Sequence record: NC_011045.1
Origin: Escherichia phage 13a
DNA length: 38,841 bases
Reading direction: 5' to 3' (one strand)
The notes under the pieces were generated by a model. The model was not told the DNA's origin and did no database searches. It was given only the letters and a program-made list of their open reading frames with translations. The position numbers and the translations under genes are program-made. This document shows positions 1 through 8,441 of this stretch, piece after piece (position 1 is the first letter of the stretch; every line of letters starts with the position of its first letter).

Positions 1-170
1 TCTCACAGTGTACGGACCTAAAGTTCCCCCATAGGGGTACCTAAAGCCCAGCCAATCACCTAAAGTTACCTTTCAGTTGACCTTGAGGGTCCCTAAGGGT
101 TGGGGTTGGTCCTTGGGTTTACCTTTGAGTTGGTCCTTTGGTGTTACCTTGAGTGTCTCTCCTTGTCCCT
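1..170. repeat. Left direct terminal repeat (170 bp)
   Basis: Bases 1-170 are repeated identically at 38672-38841 by eye; begins TCTCACAGTGTACGGACC as in the T7 terminal repeat. Confidence 0.93.
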
Positions 171-184
171 ATCTGTTACAGCCT

Positions 185-269
185 CCTAAAGTATCCTCCT
201 AAAGTATCCTCCTAAAGTCACCTCCTAAAGTCACCTCCTAAAGTCACATCCTAAAGACTACACCTAAAG
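185..269. repeat. Tandem array of CCTAAAG-containing 13-bp units (7 copies, strict 13-bp period)
   Basis: CCTAAAG at 185,198,211,224,237,250,263; same heptamer also 3x inside the terminal repeat. Confidence 0.85.
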
Positions 270-304
270 ACATCATCAAGTCAATGCCTATCTTAAAGTA
301 TAGA

Positions 305-369
305 CCTAAAGACCAGACCTAAAGACCATACCTAAAGACCATACCTAAAGACCATACCTAAAGACGCCT
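305..369. repeat. Second tandem array of CCTAAAGACCA-type 13-bp units (5 copies)
   Basis: CCTAAAG at 305,318,331,344,357. Confidence 0.85.
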
Positions 370-422
370 TGTTGTTAGCCATAAAGGGATAATCTTCAAT
401 CATTGTCTTTAATCACTGTCTT

Positions 423-445
423 TAATACGACTCACTATAAGGAGA
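423..445 (+). promoter_or_regulatory. T7-type promoter phiOL
   Basis: taatacgactcactataaggaga, 21/23 match to T7 consensus TAATACGACTCACTATAGGGAGA. Confidence 0.85.
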
Positions 446-503
446 GAGACCACTTAAAGAGACTTAAAGATGGATTAATTTAAAGATTTATTAAAAAAGA
501 GTA

Positions 504-540
504 TTGACTTTAAGTCCAACCCATAGGATACTTACAGCCA
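504..540 (+). promoter_or_regulatory. Early sigma70 promoter A1
   Basis: -35 ttgact (504-509), 17-nt spacer, -10 gatact (527-532); context matches T7 A1 as recalled. Confidence 0.8.
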
Positions 541-630
541 TCGAGAGGGACACGGTGAATAACCATCCTAATTCGACGCCGAGTCAAGCGGATAAGTAGA
601 CAACCTGATAAGTCGAACGAAAAACAGGTA

Positions 631-668
631 TTGACAACACGAAGTAACAAGTAGTAAGATACACAGCG
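631..668 (+). promoter_or_regulatory. Early sigma70 promoter A2
   Basis: -35 ttgaca (631-636), -10 taagat (655-660). Confidence 0.75.
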
Positions 669-736
669 TCAACCACGGATACGGTGTCTTCTAGGTGACT
701 TAAGCGCACCACGGCACATAAAGTTAAACAAGATGG

Positions 737-773
737 TTGACAACATGAAGTAAACACGGTACGATGTACCACA
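737..773 (+). promoter_or_regulatory. Early sigma70 promoter A3
   Basis: -35 ttgaca (737-742), 17-nt spacer, -10 tacgat (760-765). Confidence 0.8.
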
Positions 774-871
774 TGAAACTACAGTGAGTCACCACACTGA
801 AAGGTGATGCGGTCTAACGAAACCTGACCAAAGACGCTCTTTAACAATCTGGTAAATAGCTCTTGAGTGCA

Positions 872-927
872 TGAATAGTGGATAACTCAAGGGTATCGCA
901 AGGTGCCCTTTATGATATTCACTAACG
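872..927 (+). promoter_or_regulatory. R0.3-like RNase III processing hairpin, copy 1
   Basis: gataactcaagggtatcgcaaggtgccctttatgatattcactaa; shares the actcaagg...ggcc.tttatgat motif seen at other inter-genic RNase III sites in this window. Confidence 0.55.
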
Positions 928-944
928 ATGTAATAGGTGCAAAT

Positions 945-1142
945 ATGAGCAAATTAATAGCTTCCTCCAAATTGTCCGGTTGCTACACTGTGACCCTTCG
1001 GGAACACTTACACGGCAAGATGGGTAGTACCTATACGGTACGATACGGGAAGCAGGTGTCACACTTTGTGAATGAGAGGTTAGCGCACGATGAATATCTA
1101 GCGTGTGTGCATCACCAGCGTTCATGTGCAGGATGGGAGTGA
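945..1142 (+). CDS. Hypothetical small Cys/His-rich protein (65 aa) in an insertion upstream of ocr; not present in T7 as recalled
   Basis: ATG at 945 preceded by aggtg (935-939); ORF in track frame 903..1142; rare-codon rich (agg, cga, cgg, ata, cta); flanked by duplicated R0.3-like hairpins. Confidence 0.4.
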   Translation: MSKLIASSKLSGCYTVTLREHLHGKMGSTYTVRYGKQVSHFVNERLAHDEYLACVHHQRSCAGWE

Positions 1143-1190
1143 TAAACTCAAGGGTATCGCAAGGTGCCCTTCATGATTATCATTCATTAA
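1132..1190 (+). promoter_or_regulatory. R0.3-like RNase III processing hairpin, copy 2 (duplicate)
   Basis: gataaactcaagggtatcgcaaggtgcccttcatgattatcattcattaa; near-identical to copy 1 at 881-925. Confidence 0.55.
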
Positions 1191-1212
1191 CAACACTATG
1201 AGGTAACGCAAG

Positions 1213-1563
1213 ATGGCTATGTCTAACATGACTTACAACAACGTTTTCGACCACGCTTACGAAATGCTGAAAGAAAACATCCGTTATGATGACATCCGCG
1301 ACACTGACGACCTGCACGATGCTATTCATGAGGCTGCTGATAATGCAGTACCGCACTACTACTCTGACATCTTTAGCGTGATGGCAAGTGAAGGCATTTA
1401 TCACGAGTTCGAGGACTCTGGTCTGATGCCGGACACCAAGGATGTGACCCGCATCCTACAGGCTCGCATTTATGAGCAACTCACGATTGACCTTTGGGAA
1501 GACGCTGAGGACTTGCTGAACGAGTACCTTGAAGAAGTTGAGGAAGAGGAAGAGGACTTATAA
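1213..1563 (+). CDS. 0.3: Ocr, DNA-mimic anti-restriction protein (gene 0.3), 116 aa
   Basis: [22 protein letters not shown]... near-identical to T7 Ocr; acidic C-terminus. Confidence 0.95.
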   Translation: MAMSNMTYNNVFDHAYEMLKENIRYDDIRDTDDLHDAIHEAADNAVPHYYSDIFSVMASEGIYHEFEDSGLMPDTKDVTRILQARIYEQLTIDLWEDAEDLLNEYLEEVEEEEEDL

Positions 1564-1565
1564 TC

Positions 1566-1703
1566 ATGGTCAAGTATGGTCTAACAAAAGAGATGATTCA
1601 GACGTACCGCGTAGCGATGGCTTATGGTGCTCCTTTCGGGTACTGCATGGCGCAACTGGCTCAGACATACCGAGCACGTAAAGCGATGTACGGTAGCAAG
1701 TGA
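1566..1703 (+). CDS. 0.4: Small early protein, gene 0.4-like (45 aa)
   Basis: ATG 3 nt after ocr stop; position and size as T7 gene 0.4; below ORF-track cutoff. Confidence 0.5.
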   Translation: MVKYGLTKEMIQTYRVAMAYGAPFGYCMAQLAQTYRARKAMYGSK

Positions 1704-1752
1704 TAGACTCAAGGTCGCTCTTAGAGAGAGTGGCCTTTATGATTATCATTCT
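1704..1752 (+). promoter_or_regulatory. RNase III site-like hairpin (R0.5-like)
   Basis: actcaaggtcgctcttagagagagtggcctttatgattatcatt. Confidence 0.5.
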
Positions 1753-1767
1753 ATGAGGATTAAACGT

Positions 1768-1902
1768 ATGACGACTGGAATCATTATGGCAACCTTTGCA
1801 GTAATCGTAGCGATGGGATGGCGCAACGCTGACCGGATGGCTATTGCTAACGGTCGTGCGCTCAACATAGACAAACAACTTGACGCAATGCTAATGGGCT
1901 GA
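1768..1902 (+). CDS. Small hydrophobic early protein (gene 0.5/0.6-like), 44 aa
   Basis: ATG 1768 with gagga SD 7 nt upstream; predicted TM segment [16 protein letters not shown]; track ORF 1624..1902 is the same frame extended upstream. Confidence 0.45.
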   Translation: MTTGIIMATFAVIVAMGWRNADRMAIANGRALNIDKQLDAMLMG

Positions 1903-1962
1903 TAGTCTTATCTTACAGGTCATCTGCGGGTGGCCTGAATAGATACGATTTACTAACCGGAA
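1903..1962 (+). promoter_or_regulatory. RNase III site R1-like upstream of gene 1
   Basis: caggtcatctgcgggtggcctgaatagatacgatttactaa matches T7 gene 1 leader as recalled. Confidence 0.5.
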
Positions 1963-1972
1963 GAGGCACTAA

Positions 1973-4624
1973 ATGAACACGATTAACATCGCTAAGAACG
2001 ACTTCTCTGACATCGAACTGGCTGCTATCCCGTTCAACACTCTGGCTGACCATTACGGTGAGCGTTTAGCTCGCGAGCAGTTGGCCCTTGAGCACGAGTC
2101 TTACGAGATGGGTGAAGCACGCTTCCGCAAGATGTTTGAGCGTCAACTTAAAGCTGGTGAGGTTGCGGATAACGCTGCCGCCAAGCCTCTCATTACTACC
2201 CTGCTCCCTAAGATGATTGCACGCATCAACGATTGGTTTGAGGAAGTGAAAGCTAAGCGCGGCAAACGCCCGACAGCCTTCCAGTTCCTGCAAGAAATCA
2301 AGCCGGAAGCTGTAGCGTACATCACCATTAAGACCACTCTGGCTTGCCTCACGAGCGTAGACAATACAACCGTTCAGGCTGTAGCAAGTGCAATCGGTCG
2401 AGCTATTGAGGACGAGGCGCGCTTTGGTCGAATCCGTGACCTTGAGGCTAAGCACTTCAAGAAAAACGTTGAGGAACAACTTAACAAGCGCGTAGGGCAC
2501 GTCTACAAGAAAGCATTCATGCAGGTTGTTGAAGCGGACATGCTATCTAAGGGTCTACTGGGCGGTGAGGCGTGGTCTTCGTGGCACAAGGAGGACTCCA
2601 TTCACGTTGGGGTTCGCTGCATTGAAATGCTAATTGAGTCTACCGGAATGGTTAGCTTACACCGCCAAAACGCTGGCGTAGTTGGTCAAGACTCTGAGAC
2701 TATCGAACTAGCACCGGAATACGCTGAGGCTATCGCAACCCGTGCAGGTGCACTGGCTGGTATCTCTCCGATGTTCCAACCTTGCGTAGTTCCTCCTAAG
2801 CCTTGGACCGGTATTACTGGTGGTGGTTATTGGGCTAACGGTCGCCGCCCACTGGCGCTGGTACGTACCCACAGCAAGAAAGCACTGATGCGCTACGAAG
2901 ACGTTTACATGCCAGAGGTTTACAAGGCTATTAACATTGCGCAAAACACCGCATGGAAAATCAATAAGAAAGTCCTAGCGGTCGCCAATGTCATCACCAA
3001 ATGGAAGCACTGCCCTGTAGAGGATATCCCAGCGATTGAACGTGAAGAACTCCCGATGAAACCGGAAGACATCGACACGAATCCTGATGCTCTCACCGCG
3101 TGGAAACGTGCCGCTGCCGCTGTGTACCGTAAAGACAAGGCTCGCAAGTCTCGCCGTATCAGCCTTGAGTTCATGCTTGAGCAAGCCAATAAGTTCGCTA
3201 ACCATAAAGCCATCTGGTTCCCTTACAACATGGACTGGCGCGGTCGTGTTTACGCTGTGTCAATGTTCAACCCGCAAGGTAACGATATGACCAAGGGTCT
3301 GCTGACGCTGGCGAAAGGTAAACCAATCGGTAAGGAAGGTTACTACTGGTTGAAAATCCACGGTGCAAACTGTGCGGGTGTCGATAAGGTTCCATTCCCT
3401 GAGCGCATCAAGTTCATCGAGGACAACCACGAGAACATCATGGCTTGCGCTAAGTCTCCACTGGAGAACACTTGGTGGGCTGAGCAAGATTCTCCATTCT
3501 GCTTCCTCGCGTTCTGCTTTGAGTACGCTGGGGTACAGCACCACGGCCTTAGCTACAACTGCTCTCTTCCGCTGGCGTTCGATGGGTCTTGCTCTGGTAT
3601 TCAGCACTTCTCCGCGATGCTCCTTGATGAGATAGGTGGTCGTGCGGTTAACCTGCTGCCTAGTGAAACCGTTCAGGACATCTACGGGATTGTCGCTAAG
3701 AAAGTCAACGTGATTCTACAAGCAGATGTAATCAACGGGACCGACAACGAAGTAGTTACCGTGACCGATGAGAACACTGGTGAAATCTCTGAGAAAGTCA
3801 AGCTGGGCACTAAGGCGCTGGCTGGTCAATGGTTGGCTTACGGTGTTACTCGCAGCGTGACTAAGCGTTCAGTCATGACGCTGGCTTACGGGTCCAAAGA
3901 GTTTGGCTTCCGTCAACAAGTGCTGGAAGATACCATTCAGCCAGCTATTGATTCCGGTAAAGGTCTGATGTTCACTCAACCGAATCAGGCTGCTGGATAC
4001 ATGGCGAAACTGATTTGGGAAGCTGTGAGCGTGACGGTGGTAGCCGCTGTGGAAGCTATGAACTGGCTCAAGTCTGCTGCTAAGCTGCTGGCTGCTGAGG
4101 TCAAAGATAAGAAGACTGGAGAGATTCTTCGCAAGCGTTGCGCTGTGCATTGGGTGACTCCTGATGGTTTCCCTGTGTGGCAGGAATACAAGAAGCCGAT
4201 TCAGACCCGCTTGAACCTGATGTTCCTCGGTCAGTTCCGTCTACAGCCAACCATTAACACCAACAAGGATAGCGAGATTGACGCGCACAAGCAGGAGTCC
4301 GGCATCGCTCCTAACTTTGTACACAGCCAAGACGGTAGCCACCTGCGTAAAACTGTAGTGTGGGCGCACGAGAAGTACGGAATCGAATCCTTTGCACTGA
4401 TTCACGACTCCTTCGGGACCATTCCTGCCGACGCTGCCAACCTGTTCAAAGCTGTGCGCGAAACTATGGTTGACACCTATGAGTCTTGTGATGTACTGGC
4501 TGACTTCTACGACCAGTTCGCTGACCAGTTGCACGAGTCTCAATTGGATAAAATGCCAGCACTTCCGGCTAAGGGAAACTTGAATCTCCAAGACATCCTT
4601 AAGTCAGACTTCGCGTTCGCGTAA
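1973..4624 (+). CDS. 1: T7-type single-subunit DNA-dependent RNA polymerase (883 aa)
   Basis: 883-aa ORF, MNTINIAKNDFSDIELAAIPFNTLADHYGERLAREQ... near-identical to T7 RNAP. Confidence 0.99.
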   Translation: MNTINIAKNDFSDIELAAIPFNTLADHYGERLAREQLALEHESYEMGEARFRKMFERQLKAGEVADNAAAKPLITTLLPKMIARINDWFEEVKAKRGKRPTAFQFLQEIKPEAVAYITIKTTLACLTSVDNTTVQAVASAIGRAIEDEARFGRIRDLEAKHFKKNVEEQLNKRVGHVYKKAFMQVVEADMLSKGLLGGEAWSSWHKEDSIHVGVRCIEMLIESTGMVSLHRQNAGVVGQDSETIELAPEYAEAIATRAGALAGISPMFQPCVVPPKPWTGITGGGYWANGRRPLALVRTHSKKALMRYEDVYMPEVYKAINIAQNTAWKINKKVLAVANVITKWKHCPVEDIPAIEREELPMKPEDIDTNPDALTAWKRAAAAVYRKDKARKSRRISLEFMLEQANKFANHKAIWFPYNMDWRGRVYAVSMFNPQGNDMTKGLLTLAKGKPIGKEGYYWLKIHGANCAGVDKVPFPERIKFIEDNHENIMACAKSPLENTWWAEQDSPFCFLAFCFEYAGVQHHGLSYNCSLPLAFDGSCSGIQHFSAMLLDEIGGRAVNLLPSETVQDIYGIVAKKVNVILQADVINGTDNEVVTVTDENTGEISEKVKLGTKALAGQWLAYGVTRSVTKRSVMTLAYGSKEFGFRQQVLEDTIQPAIDSGKGLMFTQPNQAAGYMAKLIWEAVSVTVVAAVEAMNWLKSAAKLLAAEVKDKKTGEILRKRCAVHWVTPDGFPVWQEYKKPIQTRLNLMFLGQFRLQPTINTNKDSEIDAHKQESGIAPNFVHSQDGSHLRKTVVWAHEKYGIESFALIHDSFGTIPADAANLFKAVRETMVDTYESCDVLADFYDQFADQLHESQLDKMPALPAKGNLNLQDILKSDFAFA

Positions 4625-4632
4625 CGTCAAAT

Positions 4633-4655
4633 TAATACGACTCACTATAGAGGGA
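4633..4655 (+). promoter_or_regulatory. T7-type promoter phi1.1A
   Basis: taatacgactcactatagaggga. Confidence 0.85.
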
Positions 4656-4700
4656 CAAACTCAAGGTCATTCGCAAGAGTGGCCTTTATGATTGACCTTC
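4656..4700 (+). promoter_or_regulatory. RNase III site R1.1-like
   Basis: actcaaggtcattcgcaagagtggcctttatgattgacc. Confidence 0.5.
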
Positions 4701-4707
4701 TTCCGGT

Positions 4708-4730
4708 TAATACGACTCACTATAGGAGAA
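4708..4730 (+). promoter_or_regulatory. T7-type promoter phi1.1B
   Basis: taatacgactcactataggagaa. Confidence 0.85.
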
Positions 4731-4807
4731 CCTTAAGGTTTAACTTTAAGACCCTTAAGTGTTAATTAGAGATTTAAATTAAAGAATTATAAGAGAGGAC
4801 TTTAAGT
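4731..4807 (+). other. AT-rich region downstream of phi1.1A/B, candidate primary origin of replication
   Basis: AT-rich stretch following paired promoters, same arrangement as the T7 primary origin (established for T7, inferred here). Confidence 0.4.
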
Positions 4808-4936
4808 ATGCGTAACTTCGAAAAGATGACCAAACGTGCTAACCGTAACGCTCATGACTTCGAGGCAACTAAGGGTCGCAAGTTTAATAAACCATTACGA
4901 ACCCGTGCACATAAACGCTGCTGGGAGGGTCAATAA
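4808..4936 (+). CDS. 1.1: gp1.1 small basic protein (42 aa)
   Basis: MRNFEKMTKRANRNAHDFEATKGRK... matches T7 gp1.1. Confidence 0.85.
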   Translation: MRNFEKMTKRANRNAHDFEATKGRKFNKPLRTRAHKRCWEGQ

Positions 4937-4937
4937 G

Positions 4938-5195
4938 ATGGGACGTTTATATAATGGGAACTTGAATGACTTCAAGGCTGCTTGCAACAGGCTATACCAG
5001 TTGGACTTTGCTGTTATAGCTGTTGAGCAGGAAGGTTCACCAAACATAAAGGCAACCATGTACCTTCGGATTGAAGACCGTACTGGTCGCATAGTGGTTC
5101 AGGAAGAGATTCACCACTGCGACGAAGACGTTCTGTACAATATGTGTACTGATTGGCTGAACCGTATGTATGACCAGTTGAAGGACTGGAAGTAA
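4938..5195 (+). CDS. 1.2: gp1.2 inhibitor of host dGTP triphosphohydrolase (85 aa)
   Basis: MGRLYNGNLNDFKAACNRLYQLD...DEDVLYNMCTDWLNRMYDQLKDWK matches T7 gp1.2; track ORF 4836..5195 is the same frame with upstream extension. Confidence 0.9.
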   Translation: MGRLYNGNLNDFKAACNRLYQLDFAVIAVEQEGSPNIKATMYLRIEDRTGRIVVQEEIHHCDEDVLYNMCTDWLNRMYDQLKDWK

Positions 5196-5215
5196 TACGA
5201 CTCAGTATAGGGACA
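5193..5215 (+). promoter_or_regulatory. T7-type promoter phi1.3
   Basis: taatacgactcagtatagggaca. Confidence 0.8.
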
Positions 5216-5258
5216 ATGCTTAAGGTCGCTCATTGAGTGGCCTTAGTCATTTAACCAA
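5216..5258 (+). promoter_or_regulatory. RNase III site R1.3-like
   Basis: aatgcttaaggtcgctcattgagtggccttagtcattt. Confidence 0.5.
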
Positions 5259-5273
5259 TAGGAGATAAACATT

Positions 5274-6296
5274 ATGATGAACATTAAGACTAGCCCGTTT
5301 AAAGCCGTGTCCTTTGTTGAGTCCGCAGTGAAGAAGGCATTAGACAACGCTGGATACCTAATTGTAGATTGTAAATATGACGGTGTGCGTGGTAATATCT
5401 GCGTAGACAATACCGCTAACAGTTGCTGGCTCTCTCGTGTTTCTAAAACGATTCCGGCACTGGAGCACTTAAACGGGTTTGATGTTCGCTGGAAGCGTCT
5501 ACTGAGCGATGACCGTTGCTTCTACAAGGATGGCTTTATGCTCGATGGGGAACTCATGGTCAAAGGCGTAGACTTTAACACAGGGTCCGGCCTACTGCGC
5601 ACCAAATGGACTGACACCAAGAACCAAGAGTTCCACGAAGTGTTATTCGTTGAACCAGTCCGTAAGAAAGATAAAATTCCGTTCCACTTACACGCCGCAA
5701 AACTCCAAGTAAAACTGTACGCTATCCTCCCGCTGCACATCGTGGAGTCTGGAGAAGACTGCGATGTCATGACGTTGCTCATGCAGGAACACGTTAAGAA
5801 CATGCTGCCTCTGCTACAGGAATACTTCCCTGAAATTGAATGGCAAGCGGCTGAGTCTTACGAGGTCTACGATATGGTAGAACTACAGCAACTGTATGAG
5901 AAGAAGCGCGAAGAAGGACACGAGGGTCTCATTGTGAAAGACCCGATGTGTATCTATAAGCGCGGTAAGAAGTCCCGCTGGTGGAAACTCAAGCCTCTTG
6001 AGCAAGCTGACGGCATCATTCAAGGTGTAAACTGGGGAACCGAAGGACTTGCTAACGAAGGTAAAGTGATTGGCTTTAGTGTCTTGCTAGAAAGCGGGTG
6101 TGTAGTCGATGCCAATAACATCTCACGGGAACTGATGGATGAATTTACAGCTAACGTTAAAGAACATGGCGATGACTACTATAACGGCTGGGCTTGTCAG
6201 ATTGGGTACATGGAGCAAACACCTAATGGAAACCTTAGACACCCATCCTTCACCTGCTTCCGTGGCACCGAGGACAACCCTCAAGAGAAAATGTAA
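5274..6296 (+). CDS. 1.3: ATP-dependent DNA ligase (340 aa)
   Basis: MMNIKTSPFKAVSFVESAVKKALDNAGYLIVDCKYDGVRGN... (adenylation motif KYDGVR); T7 ligase homolog, slightly shorter. Confidence 0.97.
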   Translation: MMNIKTSPFKAVSFVESAVKKALDNAGYLIVDCKYDGVRGNICVDNTANSCWLSRVSKTIPALEHLNGFDVRWKRLLSDDRCFYKDGFMLDGELMVKGVDFNTGSGLLRTKWTDTKNQEFHEVLFVEPVRKKDKIPFHLHAAKLQVKLYAILPLHIVESGEDCDVMTLLMQEHVKNMLPLLQEYFPEIEWQAAESYEVYDMVELQQLYEKKREEGHEGLIVKDPMCIYKRGKKSRWWKLKPLEQADGIIQGVNWGTEGLANEGKVIGFSVLLESGCVVDANNISRELMDEFTANVKEHGDDYYNGWACQIGYMEQTPNGNLRHPSFTCFRGTEDNPQEKM

Positions 6297-6303
6297 CCAC
6301 ACT

Positions 6304-6333
6304 GGCTCACCTTCGGGTGGGCCTTTCTGCGTT
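6304..6333 (+). terminator. Early (host RNAP) rho-independent terminator TE
   Basis: ggctcacc-ttcg-ggtgggcc hairpin followed by tttctgcgttt, directly after ligase stop. Confidence 0.85.
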
Positions 6334-6356
6334 TAATACGACTCACTAAAGGAGGT
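6334..6356 (+). promoter_or_regulatory. T7-type promoter phi1.5
   Basis: taatacgactcactaaaggaggt. Confidence 0.85.
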
Positions 6357-6363
6357 ACACATC

Positions 6364-6456
6364 ATGATGTACTTAATGCCATTACTAATTGTCATCATAG
6401 GATGCCTTGCGCTTCACTATACTGACGATGATGATATGCCAGATGGTCACGCTTAA
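6364..6456 (+). CDS. Small hypothetical protein (30 aa), gene 1.4/1.5-like
   Basis: ATG after phi1.5 with aggaggt SD; MMYLMPLLIVIIGCLALHYTDDDDMPDGHA; below track cutoff. Confidence 0.4.
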   Translation: MMYLMPLLIVIIGCLALHYTDDDDMPDGHA

Positions 6457-6476
6457 TACGACTCACTAAAGGAGCC
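6454..6476 (+). promoter_or_regulatory. T7-type promoter phi1.6
   Basis: taatacgactcactaaaggagcc. Confidence 0.85.
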
Positions 6477-6481
6477 ACTAT

Positions 6482-6742
6482 ATGTTTCGACTTCATTACA
6501 ACAAAAGCATTAAGAGTTTCACGGTTCGCCGTGTTGACCGTTCAATCGTATGTGCGAGCGAGCGCCGAGCTAAGTTACCTCTTATTGGTAACACAGTTCC
6601 TCTGGCACCGAGCGTCCACATCATTATCACCCGTGGTGACTTTGAGAAAGCAATAGACAAGAAACGTCCGGTTCTTAGTGTGGCAGTGACCCGCTTCCCG
6701 TTCGTCCGTCTGTTACTCAAACGTATCAAGGAGGTGTTCTGA
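6482..6742 (+). CDS. 1.6: gp1.6 (86 aa), unknown function
   Basis: [23 protein letters not shown]... T7 gp1.6-like. Confidence 0.85.
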   Translation: MFRLHYNKSIKSFTVRRVDRSIVCASERRAKLPLIGNTVPLAPSVHIIITRGDFEKAIDKKRPVLSVAVTRFPFVRLLLKRIKEVF

Positions 6743-7281
6743 TGGGATGCATAGCGTGCTTAGAGAAAGACGACCGTTATCCACATACCTGTAATAAAGG
6801 AGCTAACGATATGACCGAACGTGAACAAGAGATGATCATTAAGTTGATAGACAATAACGAAGGTCGCCCAGATGATTTGAATGGCTGCGGACTTCTCTGC
6901 TCTAATGTCCCTTGTCACCTCTGCCCCGCAAATAATGATCAAAAGATAACCTTAGGTGAAATCCGAGCGATGGACCCACGTAAGCCCAAACTGGAGAAAC
7001 CTGAGGTAACTCCTACAGACGACCAGCCTTCCGCTGAGTCAATCGAAGGTGTCACTAATCCTTCCCATTACATGCTGTTTGACGACATTGAGGCTATCGA
7101 AGTGATTGCCCGTTCAATGACTCGTGAGCAGTTCAAAGGGTACTGCTTTGGTAACATCCTTAAGTACCGCCTACGCGCTGGTAAGAAGTCCGAACTGGCT
7201 TACTTAGAGAAAGACATGGCGAAAGCTGGGTTCTACGGTGAACTGTACGAGAAACATAAGGACAAGTGCTATGACGCTTAA
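6742..7281 (+). CDS. 1.7: gp1.7 nucleotide kinase-like (179 aa)
   Basis: ATG with aaggaggtg SD; T7 gp1.7 homolog by position and sequence. Confidence 0.85.
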   Translation: MGCIACLEKDDRYPHTCNKGANDMTEREQEMIIKLIDNNEGRPDDLNGCGLLCSNVPCHLCPANNDQKITLGEIRAMDPRKPKLEKPEVTPTDDQPSAESIEGVTNPSHYMLFDDIEAIEVIARSMTREQFKGYCFGNILKYRLRAGKKSELAYLEKDMAKAGFYGELYEKHKDKCYDA

Positions 7282-7361
7282 CGATGTTCTGTACTTCGGA
7301 TTAATCTGCGCTGGAGTTGGAGCGTTACTTCGCTTAATGTATTGGGCCATAGAGGTGGAAT

Positions 7362-7674
<313 letters not shown>

Positions 7675-7677
<3 letters not shown>

Positions 7678-7697
7678 TACGACTCACTATTAGGGAA
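7675..7697 (+). promoter_or_regulatory. T7-type promoter phi2.5
   Basis: taatacgactcactattagggaa. Confidence 0.85.
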
Positions 7698-7742
7698 GAC
7701 TCCCTTTGAGAAACCAAACGAAACCTAAAGGAGATTAACATT

Positions 7743-8441
7743 ATGGCTAAGAAGATTTTCACCTCTGCGCTGGGTACTGCTGAACCTTACGCTTACATCG
7801 CTAAGCCGGACTACGGTAACGAAGAGCGTGGCTTTGGGAACCCTCGTGGTGTCTACAAAGTTGACCTGACTATTCCCAACAAAGACCCGCGCTGCCAGCG
7901 CATGGTCGATGAAATCGTGAAGTGTCACGAAGAGGCTTATGCTGCTGCCGTTGAGGAATACGAAGCGAATCCACCTGCGGTAGCTCGTGGTAAGAAACCG
8001 CTGAAACCGTATGAAGGTGACATGCCGTTCTTCGATAACGGCGACGGTACGACTACCTTTAAATTCAAATGCTACGCGTCTTTCCAAGACAAGAAGACCA
8101 AAGAGACCAAGCACATCAATCTGGTTGTGGTTGACTCCAAGGGTAAGAAGATGGAAGACGTTCCGATTATCGGTGGTGGCTCCAAGCTGAAAGTCAAGTA
8201 CTCTCTGGTTCCGTACAAGTGGAACACCGCTGTAGGTGCGAGCGTTAAGCTGCAACTGGAATCCGTGATGCTGGTCGAACTGGCTACCTTTGGTGGCGGT
8301 GAAGATGATTGGGCTGACGAAGTTGAAGAGAACGGCTATGTTGCCTCTGGTTCTGCCAAAGCGAGCAAACCACGCGACGAAGAAAGCTGGGACGAAGACG
8401 ACGAAGGCTCTTACGAAGAAGACTCAGACGGAGACTTCTAA
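7743..8441 (+). CDS. 2.5: Single-stranded DNA-binding protein gp2.5 (232 aa)
   Basis: MAKKIFTSALGTAEPYAYIAKPDYGNEERGFGNPRGVYKVDLTI...; acidic C-terminal tail ...DSDGDF. Confidence 0.98.
   Translation: MAKKIFTSALGTAEPYAYIAKPDYGNEERGFGNPRGVYKVDLTIPNKDPRCQRMVDEIVKCHEEAYAAAVEEYEANPPAVARGKKPLKPYEGDMPFFDNGDGTTTFKFKCYASFQDKKTKETKHINLVVVDSKGKKMEDVPIIGGGSKLKVKYSLVPYKWNTAVGASVKLQLESVMLVELATFGGGEDDWADEVEENGYVASGSAKASKPRDEESWDEDDEGSYEEDSDGDF

Noticed and set aside
182-369. Possible CRISPR array at the left end
   Set aside because: 13-bp period with no unique spacers; it is a simple tandem-repeat array typical of T7-like genome ends
922-1125. 67-aa minus-strand ORF inside the pre-ocr insertion
   Set aside because: Wrong strand for early transcription from A1-A3; no SD; likely chance ORF
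1624-1902. Single 92-aa ORF from the ORF track
   Set aside because: Its 5' part overlaps the 0.4-like gene and reads through an RNase III-type hairpin; only the 3' part with its own SD (from 1768) is plausibly a gene
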